Positions 1-11,694 of a stretch of 64,000 bases of DNA are shown one piece after another. How positions within the stretch are numbered: position 1 is the first letter of the stretch; each line of letters begins with the position of its first letter. Location of the stretch: positions 30,082,464 through 30,146,463 of the forward strand of contig NC_043011.1 in the NCBI RefSeq assembly GCF_006345805.1, written 5' to 3'. The notes beneath the pieces were generated by a model. That model did not search any database, had not been told where the DNA came from, and saw only the letters and a list, made by a program, of their open reading frames with translations. The DNA is from Octopus sinensis. Its lineage: Eukaryota. Made by a program: the position numbers and the translations under genes.

Positions 1-289
1 TGTATAGAAACATATGATGTAATAAAGAATCTTCTTTACAGCTATTTCACATAGTAGATGACTGGTGCCATTAACCAGGTATGTAATGTTATGAGACCCA
101 ATTATTTTGTTGGTGTATGGACTAGTGTGCAATTTGAAAACCTTGCAATATAAATTCATGCCATTCTCATCAGAAGATGCAGGCAAGTAGTGTATACCTA
201 CTTTTGTTTATCTGTCTTTCCTGCTTATATACACATACGTATATGGATATATATGTATGTGTATATATGTATGTATGTGTGTATATATA

Positions 290-340
<51 letters not shown>

Positions 341-570
341 GATAAGATCGATATTTAAATACCAATCATATCAGGTGGCCAGCATGGGAATAAAATCCTT
401 CAAAGGTAATAATTATCTAAAATTATAATTTAGGGTATCTAAGAGATACCACCACGCTGGAAATAGCAGTCAAAACTTGACTCTAAAAGCACATTAAATG
501 TTCATACAAAACCAGGAGAGAAGAAGAAACACAGAGACAAAATAAACTATCAAAAAGAAATTACTGGATA

Positions 571-629
571 ATTCCAGATTCCGGATTTCTGGTTCTGCAT
601 AAGAAATGCCTTGCTTTCATCAGTGGAAT
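571..629 (-). ncRNA. Hammerhead-like ribozyme motif (type I, atypical stem II) in a Penelope-like LTR
   Basis: Minus strand reads ATTCCA-CTGATGA-AAGCAAGGCATTTCTTATGCAGAACCA-GAAA-TCCGGAA-TC-TGGAAT. It has a perfect 6-bp stem I, both core boxes, a near-palindromic stem III and a UC site, but the base of stem II is unpaired. Confidence 0.5.
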
Positions 630-699
630 ATACTCAGAAAGCACATAAATACAAATATATAAAGATATATATACAACATACGATAGATAGCCTAAATTA

Positions 700-828
700 T
701 AAGAAGTCCATACACATGTAGTTCCAGCTTCCAGCTCAATAAACTCATTGATGGAGAAACTTAGTAGATATAAAACTAAGGGTCTACACAGAACCCTACA
801 CTGTGTGTATGTCAATGTATTATATCTG

Positions 829-891
<63 letters not shown>

Positions 892-1645
892 GTATATCTA
901 AAAGAATTTCTAATCGTCATTCTACATTTAGGGATAGGAATAAACGTAACAGTACAGAGCTTAGTAAATTAATTTGGTATCTAAAAGATCACAATAAACA
1001 ATTTAATTTAGATTGGTTGATTCTCTCAATCTCTATACCTTATGACAAAGGCAAGGAATTCTGTCTTCTCTGTAATTCTGAACTATTTTTTATTCTTTTT
1101 ACTAAAACGCCCCTTATAAACACGGTTATAGAGCATGCATACATTGGCAGAAACACACCTTTAGTTCATATAGGTGATATCTATCATTATATATATTTTA
1201 AACATTAATCTTCTTCTTATATTTCCCATTCACTAGATATATCTTCTTCCAAGTCTATATGGTTTTATTTAATATACATATAGTTATATACTTCTCATTT
1301 ATTTGTGTTTTTTTACCCCTCCTCTTTCTATAGGCTACATTTGACGTTATATCTTCTAACGTTTTTTTGAAACAAACTTGATAGTGTTCAGTTAATCACT
1401 ATACATATCCATCATTTTCTGTTAAAATGTCTTATTGACGAGTTTCATTTCTTCATTTCCCTGAAGAGAAGATTACATTCTTTTACACCATTCTATTCCT
1501 TTAGAATAATACCAGTGATATATTTGAAGCAAGTGTCGGAAGTAAAGAATTTGAATAACACCTGCGTTTAACTCCATATATATATATATATATATATACA
1601 TATATGTATATCCAGATACAAACACACACACACATATATATATAA

Positions 1646-1695
<50 letters not shown>

Positions 1696-1893
1696 ATATA
1701 TATGCATATATATATATATGTATGTGTGTGTACAGATAAATAGATAGATAGATAGATAGATAGATAGAAATAACACATTGACATACACACAGCGTAGATT
1801 TCTGTGTAGTCCCGTAGTTTTTTATCTACCAAGTTTTTCCATCAATGAGTTTATTGATCTGGAAACTGGAACTACATGTGTATGAACTTCTTA
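700..1893 (+). mobile_element. Penelope-like retroelement remnant with inverted LTR-like arms (about 700-835 and 1758-1893)
   Basis: 700-835 is the reverse complement (imperfect) of about 1758-1893; the arms bracket a GIY-YIG C-terminal ORF. Confidence 0.7.
900..1208 (+). mobile_element. Penelope GIY-YIG endonuclease, C-terminal fragment
   Basis: Open frame KRISNRHSTFRDRNKRNSTELSKLIWYLKDHNKQFNLDWLILSISIPYDKGKEFCLLCNSELFFIL...LINTVIE matches the PLE pattern TELSKxIWxLK...W...PY...CxLCxxE...LN. Confidence 0.85.
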
Positions 1894-2369
1894 ACCACAC
1901 AGACAACTATGTCTTTAACTACTAAATGTCGGACAGCAAAGGTCAAATGATAAGAACATCTGCCACCCAATTTAATTCTTCATTCAATAAATCATGTGGA
2001 ACATTAAGAATGAGAGCAGAAAATAATTGAAAAATCACAACGTCTGTAAAGGAAATCAATTGTCATTAAAATAAAACTGCTCTCTTTTAATTAATAAGTA
2101 GCTTGTTAATGGCATCATACTTCTAGTATTTGCTAAGTGTTTCTTGATGTGAATATCAAATGGCCTTCAGTATTCAAGTTTCACCATGCATCTTTACATG
2201 GATGTCGGGTCCTGGGCAAGATTGACAAAAGCCAGTAGGTAATCATCTGTGCATGTCTCCTTTCTCTACATCACTGATGTTGTCTATCCAAAGGAAATAC
2301 TGTTGACTTGGGCTGATACAGCTTGGAAGCTGTGTCATCACAGGTATTGCTATATATAACATGCATATA

Positions 2370-2753
2370 GTGGAGGCGCAATGGCCCAGTGGTTAGGGCA
2401 GCGGACTCGCGGTCATAGGATCGCGGTTTCGCTTCCCAGACCGGGCGTTGTGAGTGTTTATTGAGCGAAAACACCTAAAGCTCCACGAGGCTCCGGCAGG
2501 GGATGGTGGTGATCCTTGCTGTACACTTTCACCACAACTTTCTCTCACTCTTCCTTCCTGTTTCTGTTGTACCTGTATTTCAAAGAGCCGGCCTTGTCAC
2601 TCTCTGTGTCACGCTGAATATCCCCGAGAACTACGTTAAGGGTACACGTGTCTGTGGAGTGCTCAGCCACTTACACGTTAATTTCACGAGCAGGCTGTTC
2701 CGTTGATTCGGATCAACTGGAACCCTCGTCGTCGTAACCGACAGAGTGCTTCC
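2370..2753 (+). mobile_element. Young tRNA-derived SINE (family A), full length
   Basis: A box TGGCCCAGTGG and B-box-like GGTTTCGCTTCCC; 12-bp target duplication AACATGCATATA at 2358-2369 and 2754-2765; close copy at 10038. Confidence 0.9.
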
Positions 2754-3048
2754 AACATGCATATATATCTGTATATATATGATTGGCTTCTTTCAGCTCC
2801 CATCCACCAAATCCACACACAAGGCGTTGGTCAGCCTGAGTCTGTAGAAGAAAACACTTGCCCAAGGTGCCACACTGTGGGACTGAACCCAGAATCATGT
2901 CATTAGTAAGCAAATTTTTTACCACATGATCATGCCTGCACCTATTAAAAATAACATACTGGACAATGTGTTCTGGCGATACACCGGTCATCGAAAAGGA
3001 AATGTAATGGTCATTGTTCAAATATCTATTGACCATAGATCTACTTAA

Positions 3049-3270
3049 CCCTTTTGATACCAACCTGCCTGAAACCACCTCTGGCTCTATAGTACAAATG
3101 TCTTATTTTCAAAAGTTCTGAATTAAAATCTTCCACCAAACCTTAGTCACAATTTATGCTCCTAACACTAGCTTAATGATAAACTAAATTATTTTACTAA
3201 TTCTTTGTTATATTTAAAATTAATTGAAAGAAACACAGAGCATCTCAACAGAAATATGGTAACAAAAGGG
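3049..3270. mobile_element. piggyBac-type MITE
   Basis: TTAA on both flanks; TIR CCCTTTTGATACCA versus TGGTAACAAAAGGG; second copy at 39473-39694. Confidence 0.8.
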
Positions 3271-5424
3271 TTAAATCCAATTTAAACAACAACAATGACA
3301 GCAACCATAATAAACTATTAATTTTCACCATTCCATGGTCAACCACTTTTACAGAACACTCCCAAACCAACCAGATGCACTGACCGTCACCTCACAACGA
3401 TTGCCACTGACCCTGCTACAATTGGTCTATCTGCAGCCTCAGTAAAGAATCTCTAAAGATGACCACTCTACATTTGCTACTGACACTAAACACAGCATTA
3501 TCACTCAACAGTCATTGGTACTAACCATTTGTGTTTACCAGTCTGAGATTATTTATGGTAACACATCAACAACCATTTTACCAGTTTACAACCATTGATG
3601 CTAACCACCCCTTCAGCCATTGGCAATAACCATTGATGTTAACTTGTCTATAGCTCTTTATGGTAACAAATTAATAACCTTGTAACTATTGGCACTAACC
3701 ATTGATGTAAACCACTCAACAACCTTTCATGGCAATTAATCAACAACCATTAATATTTACTGATCTGCAGCAGTGTTATAATAATTGAGAGCATTTCATT
3801 CATAATTCTAAACTGGGAAACAACATGAAGATGAGCTTCACAAGGACTTTACCAATATAATCAGTGATGCTGGAATTGGTTTTTGAAGAATTATGACTTT
3901 GAGACAAAAATGAAATTCATCATTGATTTTTCTTGAACTCTTACAGATGAAGCCAAACAGATGACAGACATAAAGTTGATACTAATAGAAATGGTTGACA
4001 TACCTCAGAAGAATCCGAAATCAAAGTGTGTCACTTGTATTTCAAAGGAGTTCAATGATAATTCCTGTAAACAAAAACGAAATAGAATTTTTTTATTATT
4101 ACTTTTTGATATGATGTATGTGCATAGAAATATAATACAGCAGAATACCTGTCATACACTCCTATATGTACATGGTGAGAGGCGGTAAGAAAAGAGTATG
4201 AAATTATACATGTAGGCACATACACATACCATATACATGTATGCCATACACACACACGTGCGCATGCACACACACACACTTGCACACACACGCACACATA
4301 CACACACAAATATATGCATATATACACACACACACATATATATATATAATAAATTATATTTATCTCCCACCAGTATACATTTTAGTTGAATTTTCTATCA
4401 CGGAACAGTACATTATGTTACACACACACACACACACACACACGCACAAACACACATAAATACACACACACACAAACACACACACACACAAACACACATA
4501 CACACATATATGCAGAGTGGGAGAGAAGAGAAAGAGATGCATACAAGCTAATATAAGTGTCTATTTACAGGCATACATAAGTAGCAAGGAACAAACAAAT
4601 ATGTGGTTATTATATGAGTGTGCGCATGTGTATGTGTGTATGCGAGTATGCATTCATACACACAGATAGATAGATTGATGCACACTCATATGTACAGAAA
4701 ATGGATATGTATATATAACAGCAAATAACTAAATATATGAATGCATATGCACATACACACACACACAAATATATACACACATATACACACACAACACATC
4801 ATAAAAAGTGACAAGTACCTATTAATTTCACCAAGCAGTTCCTTCTGTCTGTATATTGATATAGATATAGATACTATCTGAATGACTTTATTGATAAATC
4901 TCTTCATACATCATCACATTCAAGTCCATACTGACAAACACTTACACGGGGAGAAAATAAGATTTAAGTCACTTTTATTTCCAGACTACTATCACTTCAG
5001 AAAACAACAACCACCTTAACCACAGCTGCAGCAGCAGAAGTGGTAGCATCAGCAGCACCACCACGACCATCAGCACCACCACCACCACTTTTTTTTTCTT
5101 TACTTTGGAGCTGATATATTAATGGAAGAACGCCACATATATAACCTATAATTAATAGTATATGTGGTCCATCTGTCATCGAACCTGACACAAACAAGGC
5201 ACAAAAGGATGCTAAACAACAGCAACAACACTTTGCAAAGTCATTTTGTTTATAGGTGCAGGTGTGGCTGTGTGGTAAGAAGTTTGCTTCTCAACCACAT
5301 GGTTTCAATTTCATTCTCTCTGGGTGGGTCTTTGGGCAAGTGTTTTCTACTATAGCCTCAAGCTGACCCAAGTCTTGTGAGTGGATTTGGTATGTATATC
5401 TATATATATATATATATATATAAT

Positions 5425-5625
5425 CGGTGGACGCATGCAGTTGTCAAGTGGTACCCACGCGAGCGGAAAAGACCACCCACGGTGGAGTTACGATTTCAGG
5501 AGGACGATTGGGATCACGTAGATGAGAAAGGCGTGATCCAGAGAGGAGTGGACAGCGTGCTGTGACCAGTGCTGTCAAATGGACGCCTAACGGACTGGTC
5601 AGTCAAGGTGATCAAGGTGAAGGTG
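5425..5625 (+). mobile_element. RTE-like LINE 3' end fragment
   Basis: RWTHAVVKWYPRERKRP resembles the RTE ORF C-terminal RW..V..W.PR..KR motif; short repeated tail. Confidence 0.55.
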
Positions 5626-5888
5626 ATATATTATATATAATATAAATAATATATAAACAATAGAAATATTAAAATTACTAAGTCTCTCTAAAGGAGATTA
5701 TGACAGCATTACTGGATATTAATAGTTATCGCCATACTAATATGGTAGTCTATAAATATAAGACTAAAGCTGTTGCTGATTAGCTCCAAGAGGCAATCGC
5801 CTCTAGCTAGCTATATGACACACGAACCTGCGTCCATTACAACCTTCGAACAGGGGAGGTCAGCCGCTTCACCTTGCTAGTCAGACAT

Positions 5889-5929
5889 CTGCAGACATGT
5901 TTCAGGGTTGTTGCCCTTTATCAATGCAG
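5889..5929 (-). ncRNA. Minimal type I hammerhead ribozyme, U3-A8 variant
   Basis: CTGCA-TTGATAA-AGGG-CAACAA-CCCT-GAAA-CATG-TC-TGCAG: 5-bp stem I, 4-bp stem II, palindromic stem III. Confidence 0.8.
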
Positions 5930-6248
5930 CATAGTCAGACCCGCAGGTGTCGCTACTGACCGTCTGTTCGAAGATTTTATTTACCTAGTTACAGTGGAAT
6001 GCATCCACTTGTTTTCAATAATAGAAATATTAAAATTACTAAGTCTCTCTAAAGGAGATTACGGCAGCGTTACTGGATATTAATAGTTATCGCCATACTA
6101 ATATGGTAGTCTATAAATATAAGACTAAAGCTGTCACTGATTAGCTCCAAGAGGCAATCACCTCTAGCTAGCTATATGACACACGAAACTGCGTCCATTA
6201 CAACCTTCGAACAGACGGTCAGTAGCGACACCTGCGGGTCTGACTACG

Positions 6249-6289
6249 CTGCATTGATAAAGGGCAACAACCCTGAAACATGTCTGCAG
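6249..6289 (+). ncRNA. Minimal type I hammerhead ribozyme, U3-A8 variant (identical second copy)
   Basis: Same 41-nt motif; predicted cleavage 3' of C6284. Confidence 0.8.
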
Positions 6290-6822
6290 ATGTCTGACTA
6301 GCAAGGTGAAGCGGCTGACCTCTCCTGTTCGAAGGTTGTAATGGACGCAGTTTCGTGTGTCATATAGCTAGCTAGAGGCGATTGCCTCTTGGAGCTAATC
6401 AGCAACAGCTTTAGTCTTATATTTATAGACTACCATATTAGTATGGCGATAACTATTAATATATAAACATATGCATATATAGATACATATAATCTGCCAG
6501 AACAGACTGGAGCCTGGTGCAACCATCTGGTCCGCCAGTCCTCAGTCAAATCGTACAACCCATGCCATCATGGAAAGCAGACGTTAAATGATGATGATAT
6601 GTACATAGCTACATATATATGTATATATACATGCATATATGGGTACAGGACATAAAAAAAAAAACGTAGACAAAATGAGAAACAAGAATATTAAAAACAA
6701 AAACATAGAAAATGAACTTTTTCGAACAATGAAAGGAACAAACAAACAGAGAAATGAGACAGGCAACATAAAGAACATTCCCTTCATCAGTTGGCACTCG
6801 CTTTATCTATTCCACATTTCAG

Positions 6823-7116
6823 AGTTGAGAGGTATGACAGGTTAGCTTGGGAAGTTGGGCAATTATGGTCGATGCAAAAGGTAGCAGTAGTACCAATAAT
6901 TATTGGAGCCCTGGGAACAGTGATCAAAAATCCTGAGAAGTACATGGATCAAATAAGGGCTGCAATAAGAGTGGAGCACTTGTGGAAAACAGCATTGCTT
7001 GGACCCGCTTGAATACTCCAGAAGGTGCTCGGAAAATAAGAGGTGTTACCTTAGTTCACTGGTAGTGAACAGCTGACACCATAGTACATCTCTAGCGTTA
7101 GAAGCTGTGCAAAGGC

Positions 7117-7148
<32 letters not shown>
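6823..7148 (+). mobile_element. 5'-truncated non-LTR retrotransposon with restriction-like endonuclease C-terminus (R4/Dong-like)
   Basis: RYDRLAWEVGQLWSMQKVAVVPIIIGALGTV...TALLG; short 3' UTR and (AAT)n tail at 7118-7148. Confidence 0.8.
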
Positions 7149-7151
<3 letters not shown>

Positions 7152-7505
7152 AATTTTTTTAAATGAGTTTTTGGTCTTGGATGTAATGGGTTTGCATCTA
7201 GATCTTCTTAATCAGAGCTGATCTGGGGTTAAACAACAGCAACAACAACAAATTCAAAATTGATGTTGACTGGCAGTGAAGTTGTTAATGAATGATTTGA
7301 ATAAGTAGATAAAAGAAAAACAACAACAACAACTGCAGCAGCAACAGTAAAACAATGAAATATAGAATTTGTGTGTACAAGTTGGTTTTCTCAACTAAAC
7401 TGATAAAAACTGATTAAATACTATCTCCTTCCATTTACACTGGATGCAGTAAAAGCTTAAATTAATTTTTGCTGCAGACTTCAAAATAAGTAAATAAATA
7501 AATAA

Positions 7506-7638
7506 AGAAAGAAAGAAAGAAAGAAAGAAGAAGAAGAAGAAGAAGAAGAAGAAGAAGAAGAAGAAGAAGAAGAAGAAGAAGAAGAAGAAGAAGAAGAAGA
7601 AGAAGAAGAAGAAGAAGAAGAAGAAGAAGAAGAAGAAA
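7506..7638. repeat. (GAAA)n-(GAA)n microsatellite
   Basis: Direct reading. Confidence 0.95.
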
Positions 7639-8186
7639 TGGAAAAGCAGTATCTGGAACATCAATTCTTACACAGAATTTGAATCAATAACTTTGGCAAT
7701 ATCAATGTAGCTTAAAGATAAGACAATAAGCTCAGTGCAACAACAGTGCTCTAAAGATAAGGTACTCTTGCACAAACAATATGCAATAAGCCTTAAATAT
7801 CCAAGTCTGTGTCTACTATATAATGCTTCAAATATCTAGGATTTGGTTAAAGTTCAGACAATTAAGTTTAACAGAAAGAATCTTTAATGAAGCATTGATT
7901 CAGTCAAGAAAAGATAATTATTTTTGTCGAGGTTTGTTTCACCCCAACCTTTTTTTTTTTTACTTTATTTCTGTTTTTGCTTTTCTTTTTCTTTTTCTTT
8001 CTTTTTTTTTTGTTTTTACTTGGGAGATTGAAGTACTTGTGACCTTTTACAGAGTCACTGAGATTGATTGTGAGAAAGTTAGCTTCAGATCAAAAGAACT
8101 GGTCAGAACTCTTGCCACAAAATGGACTCTGCCAGAGGTGCGAAGTGCCAGGTGTTTTTATATTATGGTAGGCTGATTAAATGATT

Positions 8187-8217
<31 letters not shown>

Positions 8218-10037
8218 AAACATCATCATCATTATCATCATCATAAACATCATCATCATCATCATCATCATTATCATCATCATCATCATCATCATCATTA
8301 TAAACATCATCATCACCATCATGGCTTTGACACCTACTTTTTTTTTCCATGTTTGGGTGGCTCAGATGGAATTCTTTGAGGGAGATTATCTATAGCCAGA
8401 TAACTTTCCTGGCTACCGGTTCCCACCTGTTTTCAAGAAAGTTAATAATTTTCAGTGGTCGGACATGTTTTCACAGAAGACTGGAAACGAATGACACCAC
8501 TTGTGCAACAGGGATGCTCCTTTACAACTACCAAGGAATGTCAAAGCAAAGAGTCACAGAAACGACCTCCATACATACACACATACACACATGTAAGTAA
8601 CCCAGCTGGGGGTAATACTGAGGCATTGTTTTACTGTCAGATGCCCTTCTAGTAGCTATCCCTTAGCAGTTCAATTTTTCAAGCGAATGATTTTTTGTTA
8701 TTTATCTTTCATAGTACAGCAGTACAAGAGGACCTGATTGTAGAGGATTGCAACAAACATCAATAATTTTTTTTGCTTAGCACTTTCTTGTGTATGGACA
8801 TGATGTGTTTTTTTGATCAGAGACCGACTTTCATAGATTACATCTTATATGTCACAGAAGCTCTTTGATAATATCGTAACAAAATTTGTGTGTGCATGTG
8901 TGTGTGTATACATATATATTTGTCTTTGGTTAATATGTGTTATTTCCTATTTGCTTCTACCTAGAAATCGAAGGAAATGACTACTATTCCCTTCACACTT
9001 TGCTTTTGTCACAAGGACATCAATGTTTTGAAACTGGCCTGTTTTCTATTACATTTCAGAGATTCACAGATGAGTTGCTGAAACAGAAATATTGTCATAG
9101 CAAATATTCTGCTCAATATCATAGATTTGATTGTTAGTTACTTGAACTTAACCAGTTGAGCATGTCCCTTAGTGACTGACAATATGTGCATCTCTGATCA
9201 TGAGCAGGAATAGTGGAGGAGTATCATAATGTGTTGAGAAGGATTATTTGGGGTTTGAATGAATGTAACAAAAGCAAAGTTTAAAGAAAATATTAGCCAT
9301 TTTTCATACTTTCTAGGGGTGAGCAAATAGGAAATGATATTTGCTGCCCAATTGTGTTACACAGTGTAATTCACGAAACCATCCAGCAAAACAAAAATTA
9401 GTTAAACTGCTGTACTTCATATCATTAAAACTATTGAATTTTCTCAAGGATAATTACATCACTTTGTTTAATCTCATACAGATTTGCTTTCTAATCACCA
9501 TTTGTGGCCTTACATGTTATTTTGAAAGGAAGAAACAACCCGTCTTCCGTGTTTGCTCATTATATATTCTGCTCTTGACTCATATGCGAGATTTCTTTTC
9601 AATGATTCAATTTTTAATCATCTGCATTTGGTGTGATACATATAACCATGGTTCTTTTTCATTTCTTTTCTCTAATGTTAGTCATCACATTGAATTATCC
9701 TTAACCATCATAATTCCTAAAGGTTTAACTTTGTCAGTAAAAATACAGAATCTATCTGGATTTGCAAAGATTTTTTTGTCTTGTTTTGTTTTGAAATGGT
9801 GGCCATCACACTGATTTTTTGTTCCAATATATAATTCTCATTAAATCTGACTGTTGAGCCTGCTAGTTGAATTTGAACAGATATATTTGCTTTTTGTTGT
9901 TGCTGTCATTATTTAATCCCATGACATCCATGATCAAGCACACTTTTGATTAAAGGCACGAATATCCTCTCTTTTCAGTTCATTAGTGAAATTTTTCTCC
10001 AATGTGTACTTTTGTCATAGTATTATTATGTGTGATA

Positions 10038-10432
10038 GTGGAGGCGCAATGGCCCAGTGGTTAGGGCAGCGGACTCGCGGTCATAGGATCGCGGTTTCGA
10101 TTCCCAGACCGGGTGTTGTGAGTGTTTATTGAGCAAAAACACCTAAAAAGCTCCACGAGGCTCCGGCAGGGGATGGTGGTGATCCTTGCTGTACTCTTTC
10201 ACCACAACTTTCTCTCACTCTTACTTCTTGTTTCTGTTGTACCTGTATTTCAAGGGGCCGGCCTTGTCACTGTCTGTGTCACGCTGAATATCCCTGAGAA
10301 CTACGTTAAGTGTGCACATGTCTGTGGAGTGCTCAGCCACCTACACGTTAATTTCACGAGCGGGCAGTTCCGTTGATTCGGATCAACTGGAACCCTCGTC
10401 GTCGAAACCGACGGAGTGCTTCCATTCCATCC
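10038..10432 (+). mobile_element. Young tRNA-derived SINE (family A), full length
   Basis: Pol III boxes; (TTCCA)n-like tail; 13-bp TSD ATTATGTGTGATA at 10025-10037 and 10433-10445. Confidence 0.9.
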
Positions 10433-10730
10433 ATTATGTGTGATATGAGGGAGATTTGACTGCTATTCTGAACATTTCCAACAACCAGAGAGTGAGACTG
10501 GCTGATTACCTAAAACAGATATATATCTTTATCCTAACACCATTAAGAATACAAACAAAGCATGGCCTTCTGACTCATCTAGAAATGGTATAACTGCAGA
10601 TCCTTACTGGCTCTGACTGTAATGACCCATAAAACTGAAGGAAGCATAGATAGTTGCCATAAAATGATGTAGATACCATTTTCCAGCCTAACAAAAGCTT
10701 TTGGGAAATACAGATAACATTTGTTTTTCC

Positions 10731-10796
<66 letters not shown>

Positions 10797-11005
10797 GTGT
10801 GTGTGTGTGTGTGTGTGTGCATGTTAAGGAGGGTGGTTTTCATTGAAAACACTGAGAAACAAAATCTGTCAAAGGGTAGATGAACACATCATTAGAATCA
10901 ACAGTCATTCAACTTCTGGAGAAGTAAAAATCAAATATAATATATCTGACTTCATTTGCATCCAATGATGTAGACAAGTTCTTTTTATTGTGTATTGCAT
11001 ACTAG

Positions 11006-11411
11006 AGCTGGTTTGTGAATGGGTGGTGGAACATTGAGGCTGGGGTTTACAAAGCAGAGGTGGTGTCCAACAACAAATGATACACACATGGAAATATGTT
11101 TGAGCAATTGAGGGCTCATTTAAGATTAGGCTAAATAACCACTGATCCTCCTTTAGGATCTCAGAGAAGCACAAGGTTACAACATTAGCTTTTTATATAT
11201 GGTAATTAAGAGGAGGGACACCTAAAACATTAACTTAAAGTTACTGGAACAACATCAGTCATACCTCAATGGAAGCAGATGGTGCAAACTTTGCTTAGCT
11301 GAGGAGACATTGATCCTAAAACATCTGTGCAACCCAGGCACCTTCTTGAATTCAAAAAGTGAAATTTTTAGCCACTGCCCTTATGTCATTGAAATCATTT
11401 TGGAAATCTGA
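11006..11411 (+). mobile_element. Decayed Penelope GIY-YIG endonuclease domain
   Basis: With stops and one frameshift: VNGWWNIEAGVYKAEVVSNNK*..WKYV*AIEGSFKIRLNNH*SSFR...TTLAFYIW*...SYLNGSRWCKLCLAEETLILKH...LNSKSEIFSHCP. Confidence 0.85.
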
Positions 11412-11617
11412 TCTTCTCTATTTGTGTACTACAGAAGAAGAAATAAATATATGAAGACACAGCTAACCTACTTCAGCCACTGCTGAAATTGTATAAGGTC
11501 AAGTGATTCTCTTTTTTCTCTCAGAAAGGATTTTGTTTGTTTCAATTTTTTCATCTGCATACTGAGCAAGACTGAGTATTTACCACCATCAGTAAAGAAG
11601 CTACGTGCTTCTGACCA

Positions 11618-11694
11618 GCGTGTCTGATAAGCTGTCTATATTGCCCAGTGCAATAGTAGATACAAAACTGGCAACTTTCTGGCCAGTTATATGT
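11618..11694 (+). ncRNA. Decayed full-size type I hammerhead downstream of the Penelope endonuclease
   Basis: GCGTGT-CTGATAA-long stem II-AAAA-CTGGC/GCCAG stem III-TT-ATATGT. All three helices pair, but the core carries G8A and G12A. Confidence 0.5.

Larger units (their letters stand above)
5659..6462. mobile_element. Penelope-like LTR array with direct and inverted copies (A-B-spacer-A-B'-A')
   Basis: A at 5659-5853 is repeated at 6020-6214 and partly inverted at 6325-6462; B at 5854-5963 is inverted at 6215-6324; B contains a hammerhead. Confidence 0.75.

Noticed and set aside
1455-1482. CTGAAGA-GAA-GATTACA-TTC, hammerhead-like start
   Set aside because: No GAAA box or stem I partner follows; at most a truncated relic.
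6775-6830. Minus-strand GAAA...CTGATGA-AGGG, possible type II hammerhead
   Set aside because: Stem II can pair but stems I and III cannot be formed.
7840-8868. Apparent plus-strand exon chain (7840-7931, 8053-8137, 8781 onward)
   Set aside because: The first two exons join in phase, but no protein is recognisable; the third is out of phase and hits a stop after a 7-T run.
11525-11627. Strong acceptor plus KDFVC...PPSVKKLRASDQRV*
   Set aside because: It lies in the Penelope 3' region and overlaps the hammerhead relic.
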